Source: Amphiscolops sp. MND2022
Taxonomy: Eukaryota
Length of the DNA: 64,000 nucleotides
Assembly (NCBI GenBank): GCA_964187785.1
Contig: OZ076410.1
Span: 61,690,001-61,754,000 of the forward strand
Reading direction: 5' to 3'
Positions within the stretch are counted from its first letter, which is position 1; each line of letters starts with the position of its first letter. The notes beneath the pieces were generated by a model. It saw only the letters and a program-made list of their open reading frames with translations. It was not told where the DNA came from and did no database searches. The translations under genes and the position numbers were made by a program. This document shows, piece by piece, positions 51,701-64,000 of this stretch.

Positions 51701-52479
51701 TGTCATGCAGTACGCATGATTGATATCATCACTGACAATCGACGCTGCTACGTACGTAACATGAGGCAGTATTAAATGCGGGAAAAGCTGAATGAACGAA
51801 GTGATGCAGTTACCTACCCAACGTCACTAATCCGAATCCATGAAATACACAAAAATGAAGAATTGATGCTATCACACACACATCACATGACCAAAAAGAA
51901 GAATGAGCGAATTGAAATGCAAGATGTCGAAGATGACGCAGTTAACCACACCTCATCATAAAAATAAACTCAAACATTTTACATGTAACTTCAGTGAAAT
52001 ATTTCCAATAAACTAAACCAGGTTACCAACGCAGCCATTTTACATACATTCATCATGCAATTACGTAAAATGATCCCTTTCCTTTTCCCAAAAATTCAAT
52101 AGTACCGTACTCATTTTCAATGTAGTCATAATGAGTGGGTTAATCCCATACTATAAGGTATCGATAGTTTCGATTGCAACATTATAGTTTGTCCAATTAT
52201 TCAGTTCATGGAAGACAATCCATTTTAATTAGTCATTCACGTAACAATGGTAACAGAGCATCATCATACCCCTGTAGAAGTTTTGGTGCATTTATTTCAT
52301 TCATGATAACCTTACGTATTAGTTAATGATTCATGTAACGATGGCAACGCACCATCACCGCACTCATGCCATTAGACGCAAATTGCGCTACCAGATACTA
52401 GCTGCTAATTAACACCAACACAACAACGTCACATGATTGGCTGATCCTGTCACGTGACCAGCTTTGGTACACTCAGTAA
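51701..52479 (+). mobile_element. Candidate 5' LTR of Gypsy element 2
   Basis: Starts TG at the break in a host repeat, ends ...gtaaCA, and is followed by PBS-like ggtgacaccgag. No partner LTR found in the window. Confidence 0.4.
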
Positions 52480-52797
52480 CAGGTGACACCGAGCACCCAA
52501 TAACTCTTGTTTCTTCATAACGTACAGTTGCTACCTATATCAGTAGAATATCAATAACCTCATAGTCGAATTTCTTTTCCGTATCCAACTCAACTTAAAC
52601 CCAATTATTCGTCTTTATGGTATTGACTAGATCAATAATCTTCCAGAAATGTTGAACTTGAAACGCTAGATATGGATTACCGAAACGAAAATGAAACGAG
52701 TTTCCCAAAATGTACTTCACGCAGTTTAGGGAGTTTAGGGAGTTAACCTAGATAGTTAAAGCACTGGCAAGTCAAATTAACTCCACTAAGCCGAACA

Positions 52798-55700
52798 ATG
52801 AGCGAACACCCCTCCAAACAGGAAAAAAACACACAAGACGTTGTTAACCGCGACACATTGTGTGATTCTGACATGGTGACAGAAGCCACAACTACTCACC
52901 AGACGAACTCAAACCAACCACCACCCACCACAGATACTCACAATCGTCTATCCATGACATCGACTATATTGTGGCCGAAATTCATCATCTCGACAATGAG
53001 CGACATTCAGTGAGTCAACCGAAGATACTGCAGACACAAGTACCACTCTTTCGCACTCTTTCGGGGTAACAGAGAAAAGTATAACTATTTCGAGCACCTG
53101 CTGTTGAACCACCTCCAAGCCCACCAACACCGACTGACGGAAAACAGAACTTGACAAACTTCTAGAGCTTGCTGCACGACGACGCCATTGAATTCTGGAA
53201 AAGACTCAAGATCAACACACAGACAACCGAGGCACAAGTACTTAGGTATTTCGAAAAAGAGTATGCCAAGGAGGACCTTAAAGAAGTTGCCAAGTATAAA
53301 TTTGACCAAATGCACTTCCTTCCTACAACAGAGACGTTCAACGACTTCCTAAACAAATTCAAAAAAATGGCAAAGCAAACATTCAGTGACAGGTCATCTG
53401 ACATAACAGAGACGTTCTTCTTCGCAAAGCTTCCGGTACAGATGCAAAATGAACTAGCAGTAGTCGGAAAACACGATGCTTCAATCGATGTAATCAAGAC
53501 GTTTGTGCAGAGACGAAACCAGTGTGCGCAATTGATGCCAGCCACATCCAACACACAACCCTTCAACCAAATCGGAGTGCAACAATGCTCGAATCAAACA
53601 ACCTTCAGTACTAACCGTCAGCGCCAGTCAAGTCGAGAAATAAACGCAAGTTCGATGGACAAGGCAATGCGGAATCCATCGACACGAATGGGCTGAGTGC
53701 AGAAAACGTCTCGGAGAGCAGAACACAACAAAACCAACAACCCAAAATCAACAGCAAACAACTGCACCGATCCAAAACCAAGACAACAAACCGAAAAACA
53801 ACAGCAAACTTGTCTGCCAAAGACGTAGCAAGGTAGGACCTTCTGAAAGTGATTGCTACTAGAGGAGCCAAACCAGGTCATTCTACCAAAATGTTCCATA
53901 CACCAAATAATCTACGGATAAAAACAAGCAGTTCCTCTAGGACTTCCGAGAAGCGAACAATAGAGCTTACACAACAAACGAACTGTCCCACCCATACCCC
54001 AAGAGTGCTGAGACAGAAGACGCTGCAGAGATGCAAGACCCAAAAAACTTCTGAAGCCTCGAAAACAAAATATGCGCAAAGAAACAACGCCCAACCTAGT
54101 ACAACTCACCACAACGACTATACTGACAACTTAACGCGGTTGCAGACACGTTCACCTACTTACACTAAAGAGACAACGAACTACGTCATAACTCACTCTA
54201 CTGACAGCTAGCTATACGATTCGGCCCAAAACCAAACTGATCGAAACCAGAAATTTAGAGAATGAAGTGACCCCTGTAAATACTTCCCCAATTGAACCCA
54301 TTCTAGAGGCAACCGAATCGCTCCAACTAAAGGCAAAGAAAACGCCGAAATTAAAACAATACTAAATCCGCCAACTGAGTGCGACTCTTCAACTAAACAA
54401 GAAGGACCGGATGCAGTACGCCTCCCTTCAATTCCGCAGCTACGAAAACATCGGTCTTCTCGACACCGGCGCGATACAGAGTGCCCTCTCAGAAGTCGAA
54501 TTGCGACGAACACTCACAACCCACCCTGCAGCCCTCCTTGAAGAACTACCCGCCCCAGACTTCAAGGTACAAATTGCTAATGGCAGCATATTACAAGTGA
54601 GGAAACAAGTTCTTCGTTTCTTCATTGTGGGCAAAGTGTTTGGAGAAACCTTCATGTTTATACCTAAAATGGGTAACGTCATCATAGGCATGTCATTTTT
54701 CAAGAAATATTCCGTAACTCTGGACCTCGCCAACAACATTGTCAAAATGCTGGATATAACCCTTCATATCCGCCCCATGAACGGGAAGTTCAAAAACAAA
54801 TTGAATGAATTGAAGACGACGCAGAAGACGGTCATACAACCACATCAACAAGTGTTCTTACCAGTTATCACCGAACGAGACATTGGTGACATTACCGGCA
54901 CAGTTGAAGGCCTGCCTGCGTTCGAACGAAAATCTCAGTTTCTGGTGTCACCTGCGCTAATTGAGTTCCCGGAAGGACGAACGCATGTCAACCCACCAAC
55001 CCACTAGATTACCAAATAACAATCAACGTGGGGACAGCGGTAGTTTCTCTCAAAATCTTGACACCCAAACACACTCATGCCAATGACCAACCAGCAGTGA
55101 TCGATCATCTCAAAATACCATGACGACGAAAATGCAGCACTAAACCAACTCTTTCAAGATCCAGCGACCAAATCAACAAGACGATGGTTTCCTACCCCTG
55201 GATCATGTGATGACCCGTCAAAACTCAACAAGATTGAACGACGCATATACGACCAGATCATCAAACTCAGAACAGGAAAACATGGACCCAACCGCTAGTG
55301 AACACCAACGGCAAGGATTCTTAGCAAATTTCCAGTAGAAACAATCAATCTTGAGCATTCAAGAGAAACAAACGATAGAGGCACTGTTGGTTAAGCACCA
55401 TGACAGTTTTGCCAGACATAGACTGGACATCGGTAATAATACGGAATTCAAAATAAAATTGACCCCAAAACACGATGAACCAGTCTACGCACAAAGCTTA
55501 TCCACAACCCAACGAATCTGAAAGACGATTTGTTAGTCGAACTGGCGTTGATGCATGAGTACGGCCTAATCACGACATTGCCTCATAGCAAGTACTCGTC
55601 ATCTATCGTTGCACAACGAATGCCAAATAGGACGCTGAGCGTCCTTGTCGACCTCGGAAGAATCAACAACCATTCACTGAAGAACGACTGCAACCAGCAC

Positions 55701-58700
55701 AACCTATCTAGTCACAACGATGTCAGACGCAGCACAACACATGGCTGGAACACATACAGTACATACGCTACAGATGGCAGCAAATGTAAGCAAATTGCCA
55801 AACAGATAGCAGGAAGAAGCTACAAAAACGGAGTTTGAAGATCACGACGAAACAACATTGCATAATGAACAGGTTAAAACAACCGAAGTCGAAAACCTAG
55901 ATGAGGATAAAACATCCTCTGTCAACAATAGGTCACTAATTTAGACATCAGCGACAACCCTCACATTATGTCGCCTCCGCCTATAGAAACCACCCCCCTA
56001 AAAAACCTGAGCTACTGCCTTTAGTTGTCGGATATAACCTAAGAAAAGATACAACTCACACCCTAATCCAAAACCGAAAGCGAACCGGATTTCAGAATGC
56101 CCGACTCAGTTACGACGAACGACCTACGTCAAGCTCAGAGCTGACAAAAACTAATACAATACCAAATTGAACCGGAGTGGCAACATCAATCTTTCTCTTC
56201 CAATTTATTCTGTAATAGGGCAAAGCAATCTATACAAATTCACAAAGAAAACTGTGAAAAAAACGCGTCAAAAATCAAACGAGATAAAATAAAAACCCAA
56301 ATTCCCACAGAACTCAAATACTCAAACATTCAACTTGTGGTAAACTCCAGGATCCGCATTTTTGGCATTGTTCTTCTTTTTATTCATCTTGACGCATGTA
56401 GTTCCTGTTCCACCTCTCTTTACCGCAGAAGAACTAGCACCAGTACTGCGCAATTAGTCGCCTCCAGATTTTTCTGCCTCACGAAAGCTCTCAGGTTACT
56501 TCCAGCCTTCTTTTTCGTACTCGCAATAGAGCCACTCTCCACCTCCGGCACCGCCGCAACTTGGCCACGCTGCAGACGACGATTTGTCTAGCTACACTCA
56601 GTGTAAAAATCCTCACAACTCTTGCGTCGCCCAGCAACAAGCGAACTAAAGGACTCACAATACAACGCCACAAACGTTTCCCACTCGGCAATGGACAAAT
56701 CAGCCCACATAGAAAAGCCCGGTGTCACATAAAAACATGCTCGCAACGTCGATATCACTCCGTACAAAATCCAGTGTCGGAATTGTGAAGAAATCTTGAT
56801 GACTGTAGCCGGGACTCAACACATACGACTAAACAAACTCAAGACGCTCCTGAAAATCATCAGTTCCCAGTGCACTGTCACCCAAAGCGATAGTACCAAC
56901 GGGAAGATTGGTGCGATTGCCTTGACGCAACTTAGAGAAATTGATATGGACTGAAACAATATGTCATGACGACAGACAACCGCAGCCCGCGCCACCCTTC
57001 CCATTGAAAATACACAAAATACGTACAGGTATCGAGAATGAAATGCATCAGTTCCAAGCGATAGACCAAAATGTTTTCCGCAATAATGTAACAACTCGTT
57101 CCTCGCAGCTAAAACAACAGCGACCAAATGTAAACAAAGCTGATAAACCAAAGCATGGACAATCCGAATAACGTCAACATACGTGATCAACTGTCTTCTT
57201 CACATGCGACAACCTGTGTTGCGAATGTAAGGCCAGATAAAGGTCCACAACTCAATCAAGTCACCAACCGCAGCTCGCAGATCCCTAAACTTGACATATC
57301 CTTGACGAATGCATTGTCTAAGGAGTGTCCTTCCTTCAGACCAATTTTCATTTAAAGAACATTTCATGCGCAAAATAGTGAACTCCACCATTGTTGAAAT
57401 CTCCAGCATCCCGAAGACGTCTTGGTGTGCCTGTCGAAAGTGCTGTAAGAAACTCTCTTCCGTAAAATTCTCCTGTGTGATAATCAGACAACCATCTGTC
57501 ATCTCGTCTTTGACCACTCGAAGTAGTAACGGACTGGCTCCTCTAATCGACAAAGGAAGTCGCAAGGGACGGAGGCAATGAACAACGCAAGCGAGGGGTA
57601 TGTATTCTGGCTTAGACATAGTTTGCTTTGCTTGACACTCTGACTTCCGATACAAATCTTCTTCAAATGGTTCAGCTGCCAATAAACCAAGAAAAAGTGT
57701 TCATATTGTCCTTCTTTCTCATACAGGAGGCTGTATTCCTTCAAACCACTGATGCCATGAATCACCACACGCAAGACACGCGGAGCCAAGCCTTGACACA
57801 GGAAGGACTAATACAGGACTTACATAAAATAAGGAGGAAAAAACAACAACAACTTGCAAATATAAAGGATTATCAAGCAAATCTACAGTTGAGCAAAAAA
57901 AAAACAAAAAGAAAAACAAGAAAATCATAACAAACTCCTATTTAGTTTGAATTCAGGCTCACGCTCAACGACGCCCTGAAATGTCCCCACAGCAGCTTTC
58001 TCAGTAAAATCACCTCCACATCGCAAAACGTCGCACCGAGAAGCCACCAAACTCATGAAGGGCACCTTCGACCCAATTTTTGCATGTTTATGAAGCAAGT
58101 CCTCAGGGAAAGTGTACCCCTTGCTAACATCGACGAGACGAAAGGCCGCGACATGAATTCTTCCTGCTGTCTTTCAGAAAGCGTCATTGGCTCCATGAGT
58201 TTGTTATAAACTAGCAAACCCAGTGCACTCTGTAAACCACATCCTTCTCCTATTGTCCTGTGGAACCAAAGTGCCCAACAAATTCGTTCGAACCCCGCGT
58301 AGCCATCGACACATGACGTTTGCAGACTTTACAATGAAAATATTTGCTACTCCTACATTTCGATCCACAAACAAAGCTGCTGAAAAAAGAATTCAAATCG
58401 AGCATCTGTTTGCGTAGCTGGCGACGACTGCTACACGTCTCAGGCTTCTGGATACTTCTTCAGCTTAGTGAAACCTACAACAAAACCCAGACTAAGCATG
58501 CCGCAATAAAAGGCAACAATCACCACTCGGGCAAACCATACTAAACGGTCAGGATCGTTCGCCCGGAACGGCTGCCAACTTCATGCACGAGCAAGCGATC
58601 TAGCTCCGTCACATTCCGTGGACTTCATCCAACTTGGCCAGCATTTGCACAAAACAAATCTTCCTGACCCCAAAATTATGAATGAATAAAGACGCCCAAA

Positions 58701-58850
58701 ACTCAGTCTTTAAACAATTGGTAAAACACGTACACCAATCGGACACAAACTACTCCAACTTCCCTGCACATCTCCAGGATGAGTGAGTTCACCAACGTTC
58801 ATCTCCCGATCAGGCACTGGCTTGAATGACACAGAATGCTTGCTGAAAGG
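52798..58850 (+). mobile_element. Degenerate, internally deleted Ty3/Gypsy element 2 (gag - protease - RT start - pol end - antisense region)
   Basis: Capsid-like LLHDDAIEFW...FNDFLNKFKKMAKQTF (53169-53696). Aspartic protease LLDTGA (54411-55007). RT N-terminus FKIKLTPKHDEPVY...ELALMHEYGLITTLPHSKYSS...LVDLGRIN (55400-55740), then a jump to the pol C-terminus (PNPKP at ~56060). Confidence 0.9.
57200..57682 (-). pseudogene. Antisense accessory ORF of Gypsy element 2 (AHQ-motif family)
   Basis: 160-aa open frame homologous to 23641-24114. Confidence 0.7.
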
Positions 58851-58857
58851 AAAGATA

Positions 58858-60329
58858 AGTGAACCTAAGAGAAACCAATCCTCATACATCACACAAACCC
58901 GGATTACACCTAAATTGGAGTATATTCCCCTTTTTTTCACACCCAAACTATACACGAACCTTCGTTAATTCCGTAGGGGGATCAGTTTCGCCATCTCGAG
59001 ACTCGGGAACAACAATCGAAGCAACATCGGGAACAGGAGCTGAACTGCAGCCCGGAACACCAAAACCGGAAGAATCTACTGCACTTGACGAGGCCACTTA
59101 CTGAAAATCAAGATCCCGTTAAGACGCGTCAGTAAATCGGGTAAGACCAATAGGGCTGATCACCCAACAATAGTCGAATTACCCATGGAAGTCGGAAACA
59201 TTTTACCGACCTGCCATGGGACAAATCTCTATGTCAGTAAGACGAATATTGTCGTCCGTGCATGCAAAAGTCGTTTCATTACGTCTGACAAAGCCACCGG
59301 TATGGACACGGATTTCTGTTTCATCATCCATATAGGACACAAGAACTTCAATTAAAACTGAAAAAGAAAAAAAGAAGTCACCTCAATTCGAATTCAAGAA
59401 AAAACCATCTCGAACGAAGTGACGTCATAGTGACGCAGCGATAAAAGAAAATTGATGACGTAATAACGACGCTGATGAAGGAGGAAATGAAGATAATAGC
59501 CAATAACAAACCACTGGAAAGTACGAAAGGAAGAAAAGTCAAGCGGTCATTCGCCGTTCAAATTGTCAGAAGAACTAGTTCAAACAACAAGTTCATCAGA
59601 AAATACCTACAAAATGAACAACTTAACGCCCTACCAATATCTTGTCGTCGACATATCGTCGGACGAAGAAGAAGAATATGTGCAAAGCACACCGGTAAAA
59701 ACTCTCCCGCTTAGCATTATAGAAGCACTGAATTTAAGCGCAGATATTATATAACGGGATCAACCTTCGAATCGCAGACGACTCCTCGCAAATTCGGGGT
59801 TGACATTTTCCCTGAAAGAATTGTACCGAACAAAGATGAAGAGGCATTCACAGAAGAAGGTCACATCCGAAGAACCCGAAACAAGCTATTTTGAAGAGTC
59901 GGATCGCCACAACATCATGCCGTTTTTCTTAAGGATATAACAAATCAGTCTCCTACGGATTATGTCCCACCCGAAACGGCTGGAAAGTTAAACTATCTGA
60001 AAGAGTCCTCTGTAAAAGAAATAGAAGAAACTTGGGGCATCCCTCTGGACGACTTTACTGGAAATTATACGTTGACCGCACGAGGAAGCAGTCTGACTTT
60101 AGCAAACTATACAGAGCACGCAAACAGCCCGTGCGCGTCGTAAGAGAATCTCCTCACTGCTCAGCCCAAGTCTCAACAAGAAGCAGAGGTGCCCTGTCAC
60201 GACCCGCCCGGTCGGTGTTTCAGCTGCCACGAGGGAATACATAAGTTTGCCAGATGACTCTGCCGCGGGAGGGTTATTAAAACCTTTTATTCTACTTACA
60301 GTACAGCTAGATAATTAGCGGGAGTTTTT
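58858..60329. repeat. Copy 1 of a ~1.47-kb direct duplication (retroelement 3' region)
   Basis: Matches 62529-64000 at offset 3671; I counted 10 substitutions by eye. Confidence 0.97.
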
Positions 60330-61787
60330 CACATGTAACAAAAATTGACGCAATGACGACGTGACGTTCCGCATGGCAATTTCTGAATTAACGAGTCTTC
60401 CGGTCTACCATTTTTACACATGACCATATTTACTTCCGTTTTTTTTTCTGTAATTAACATACTAATGTAAATGACAAAACAGATAAATATTTCACAAGGG
60501 AAAATAAATTAGTTCTTCGGTATCCACCCTGAAATCAAACATTAAAAAGAGTTTTTAGTTCCGTGATCTTGACGGAGCTCATACGATCTAAAATGAAATG
60601 AACATACAAAATAGTATAGCTGGTGGCTTAACAGCACTTAAGTAGTTGCCAAAAATCACTTAAATTACAGTCAAGTAATGCAAGCAGAAAATCACAACAA
60701 TATGACAGCGTCACTCAACGAGGCTCACAGGCGGTGTTTCTATTTTTACGAGCCAATAACGTAACCTCTCAGCAGAACAAGCATTCTTTACCGCCTATTT
60801 AGCAAGCCAATAACATTGCTAGATGGCTGATATTTTTGCGCTCAGAATAGAGCGGACGATTTAGTGATGCCTCAGCTAAGCATCTCAGAATGAATTGTAC
60901 CAACGAGTGACGTACCTCTTACGTCACACTGCTGGGCAGCTGAAGCTAACTATAAAACACACGTCACGTTCTAAGGTTGTGAATAGGAAATAGGTGGTCC
61001 TATTGAATAGCGACTAAGACAATTTTCGATTTTCCTGCACAAATTAAGCAAAGCTCTACTGTGAGTTAGAAGATAAAGTGATCTTAAATCTTTTTACGTG
61101 TTGAAAATTCTTTTGGATTATAAGAAAATTCAGATGTGATGAAGTGTTTGGAAAGATAGTTTGGAGATTACGTTGACCAAAAGGAACAATAATCCTACTA
61201 GGAAGTATTCAATTCAATGGATCATATCTAACCTTCCTCGATATACCTGTACAGTGTGACGTAAGGTTAACGTGATTCTCTCGTTGACGTTTGAAATTGC
61301 TATTGATTTAATGAAACTACACCCTGTCAAAACTGCCTCTTTTTCACTTTTTTCCACCTATGTTCGTTGCTTTTATGAAATCATGTTATTTTGTATTAGT
61401 GGGAGCCTAATAATTTGGGTGAGCCTAATATTAAAAGTGAGTTAAGTTCACTTTCGTCAAACCATGTATGAATGCTGAGTTCAGAATACGAATATCATTG
61501 TCCCCTCAGCATCCTCTCTTCTTCTGTACTTCTATAATTTCAATTGCGAGATCAATATCTTTTTCGTCTCTGTTGTAAGGCGGGTTTTTTACTGTCACAC
61601 TATTACTCAGCAATTTTCAGTTCCCAAATTTGACTAGTTGAATGATTATTCATGCCGGCTTGCCTTCGTCACCAAAAACTTTACTAGATATTTATTTTGC
61701 CGCAATTTTAGCGTTCAACTGGAAATGCGTATGAATGAACAAATATTGTTTTCAACAACAACAACGTAAGTGTGACGCATCTAGGAC

Positions 61788-62098
61788 TTTAGATACCTGA
61801 TTTGAGAAAGCGAGACTGACATGATATGAATCAAATAGGACTTTATGTGATTAAACCCGATTTCCCGATTTCTATTATACATAGGAATTTTTAGGTGAGG
61901 AGCAAATGATGCTGGAAAGGTATATTAATATAGATTTTTATATATGTAATTCTTTATACATCCCAGCATCATTTGTTCCCATCATCATTTGTTCCTCACC
62001 TGAAAATTCCTATGTATCCTTGAAATCGGGTTTGTTCACAAAAAGTCCTAGTTGATTCATAACATTTCAGTCCCCCGTCCTTAAATCAGGTATCTAAA
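61788..62098. mobile_element. 311-bp foldback element (MITE-like)
   Basis: The left arm tttagatacctgattt...ggagcaaatgatgctgg is the imperfect reverse complement of ccagcatcatttgttcc...aaatcaggtatctaaa, around an AT-rich loop. Confidence 0.85.
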
Positions 62099-62243
62099 TG
62101 TTTTTATATATATGTAGATTCATGTAAAGGTATTCAGTTAATTGTTAGTTTTTCAACCTGAATACTCATCGTTTGTAAAACGACAGAATAAATATATTTT
62201 CTTCGAAGAACTCATTGTTACAGACGATTCTTTCTTGCTGAAA

Positions 62244-62509
62244 ATGACATCTAGAAGCCAGAAAAAGAAGGCAATAATCCTGAGGAAATCCTCTTAGCTG
62301 GTCCTAGTAAGTCGCCTAAGATACATCTCGAAACTCTGGACGAAATACAGACGTCACTTAGAAAAGAGATCATGTCCGACCTCACAAAAATTCTTGCTGA
62401 GAAACAGAAGGAGATGCTAAAACTAATAACACCAACCTTCAAAACTCAAAATTTTCCTCCAAACGTAGAAGATACCGATTCTGAAACTGAAAGTCATTAC
62501 AGTGCATAG
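62244..62509 (+). pseudogene. Gag-like 5' ORF relic of another LTR element, fused to duplication copy 2
   Basis: MTSRSQKKEG... then a 1-nt frameshift near 62280 into AGPSKSPKIHLETLDEIQTSLRKEIMSDLTKILAEKQKEMLKLI (coiled coil). Its organisation parallels the relic at 2483. Confidence 0.5.
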
Positions 62510-62528
62510 GCAAGCTATTTTGCTGCTT

Positions 62529-64000
62529 AGTGAACCTAAGAGAAACCAATCCTCATACATCACACAAACCCGGATTACACCTAAATTGGAGTATATTCCC
62601 CTTTTTTTCACACCCAAACTATACACGAACCTTCGTTAATTCCGTAGGGGGATCAGTTTCGCCATCTCGAGACTCGGGAACAACAATCGAAGCAACATCG
62701 GGAACAGGAGCTGAACTGCAGCCCGGAACACCAAAACCGGAAGAATCTACTGCACTTGACGAGGCCACTTACTGAAAATCAAGATCCCGTTAAGACGCGT
62801 CAGTAAATCGGGTAAGACCAATAGGGCTGATCACCCAACAATAGTCGAATTACCCATGGAAGTCGGAAACATTTTACCGACCTGCCATGGGACAAATCTC
62901 TATGTCAGTAAGACGAATATTGTCGTCCGTGCATGCAAAAGTCGTTTCATTACGTCTGACAAAGCCACCGGTATGGACACGGATTTCTGTTTCATCATTC
63001 ATATAGGACACAAGAACTTCAATTAAACCTGAAAAAGAAAAAAAGAGGTCACCTCAATTCGAATTCAAGAAAAAACCATCTCGAGCGAAGTGACGTCATA
63101 GTGACGCAGCGATAAAAGAAAATTGATGACGTAATAACGACGCTGATGAAGGAGGAAATGAAGATAATAGCCAATAACAAACCACTGGAAAGTACGAAAG
63201 GAAGAAAAGTCAAGCGGTCTTTCGCCGTTCAAATTGTCAGAAGAACTACTTCAAACAACAAGTTCATCAGAAAATACCTACAAAATGAACAACTTAACGC
63301 CCTACTAATATCTTGTCGTCGACATATCGTCGGACGAAGAAGAAGAATATGTGCAAAGCACACCGGTAAAAACTCTCCCGCTTAGCATTATAGAAGCACT
63401 GAATTTAAGCGCAGATATTATATAACGGGATCAACCTTCGAATCGCAGACGACTCCTCGCAAATTCGGGGTTGACATTTTCCCTGAAAGAATTGTACCGA
63501 ACAAAGATGAAGAGGCATTCACAGAAGAAGGTCACATCCGAAGAACCCGAAACAAGCTATTTTGAAGAGTCGGATCGCCACAACATCATGCCGTTTTTCT
63601 TAAGGAAATAACAAATCAGTCTCCTACGGATTATGTCTCACCCGAAACGGCTGGAAAGTTAAACTATCTGAAAGAGTCCTCTGTAAAAGAAATAGAAGAA
63701 ACTTGGGGCATCCCTCTGGACGACTTTACTGGAAATTATACGTTGACCGCACGAGGAAGCAGTCTGACTTTAGCAAACTATACAGAGCACGCAAACAGCC
63801 CGTGCGCGTCGTAAGAGAATCTCCTCACTGCTCAGCCCAAGTCTCAACAAGAAGCAGAGGTGCCCTGTCACGACCCGCCCGGTCGGTGTTTCAGCTGCCA
63901 CGAGGGAATACATAAGTTTGCCAGATGACTCTGCCGCGGGAGGGTTATTAAAACCTTTTATTCTACTTACAGTACAGCTAGATAATTAGCGAGAGTTTTT
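62529..64000. repeat. Copy 2 of the ~1.47-kb direct duplication (runs off the window end)
   Basis: See 58858-60329. Confidence 0.97.

Overview
AT-rich, intron-containing animal genomic DNA, read with the standard genetic code. It is not prokaryotic, and there is one 189-N scaffold gap at 25701-25889. The repeat and retroelement motifs remind me of acoel flatworm genomes, but that is unverified recollection. Most of the window is decayed transposon sequence: two recognisable Ty3/Gypsy elements, a BEL/Pao gag fragment, a Tc1/mariner relic, MITE/foldback elements, tRNA-derived SINE-like heads, a 3 x 1187-bp tandem array and a 1.47-kb near-identical duplication. Three host loci could be reconstructed by hand from splice sites and phases. 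(1) An apparently intact 3-exon + strand gene (7272-12141, ~679 aa) with an unusual TIR - RING(C3HC4) - SAM - TPR architecture and the TIR catalytic-type Glu retained; this is the best candidate for an undescribed immune/NADase signalling system. (2) A rhodopsin-class GPCR pseudogene (- strand, ~15862-17270). (3) A 5-exon - strand gene (49119-43280, 338 aa) for a charged coiled-coil protein ending in a KCRYLR motif. The second main signal is a protein-coding ORF family on the ANTISENSE strand downstream of pol in divergent Gypsy elements, with synonymous codon divergence showing the minus frame was under selection.
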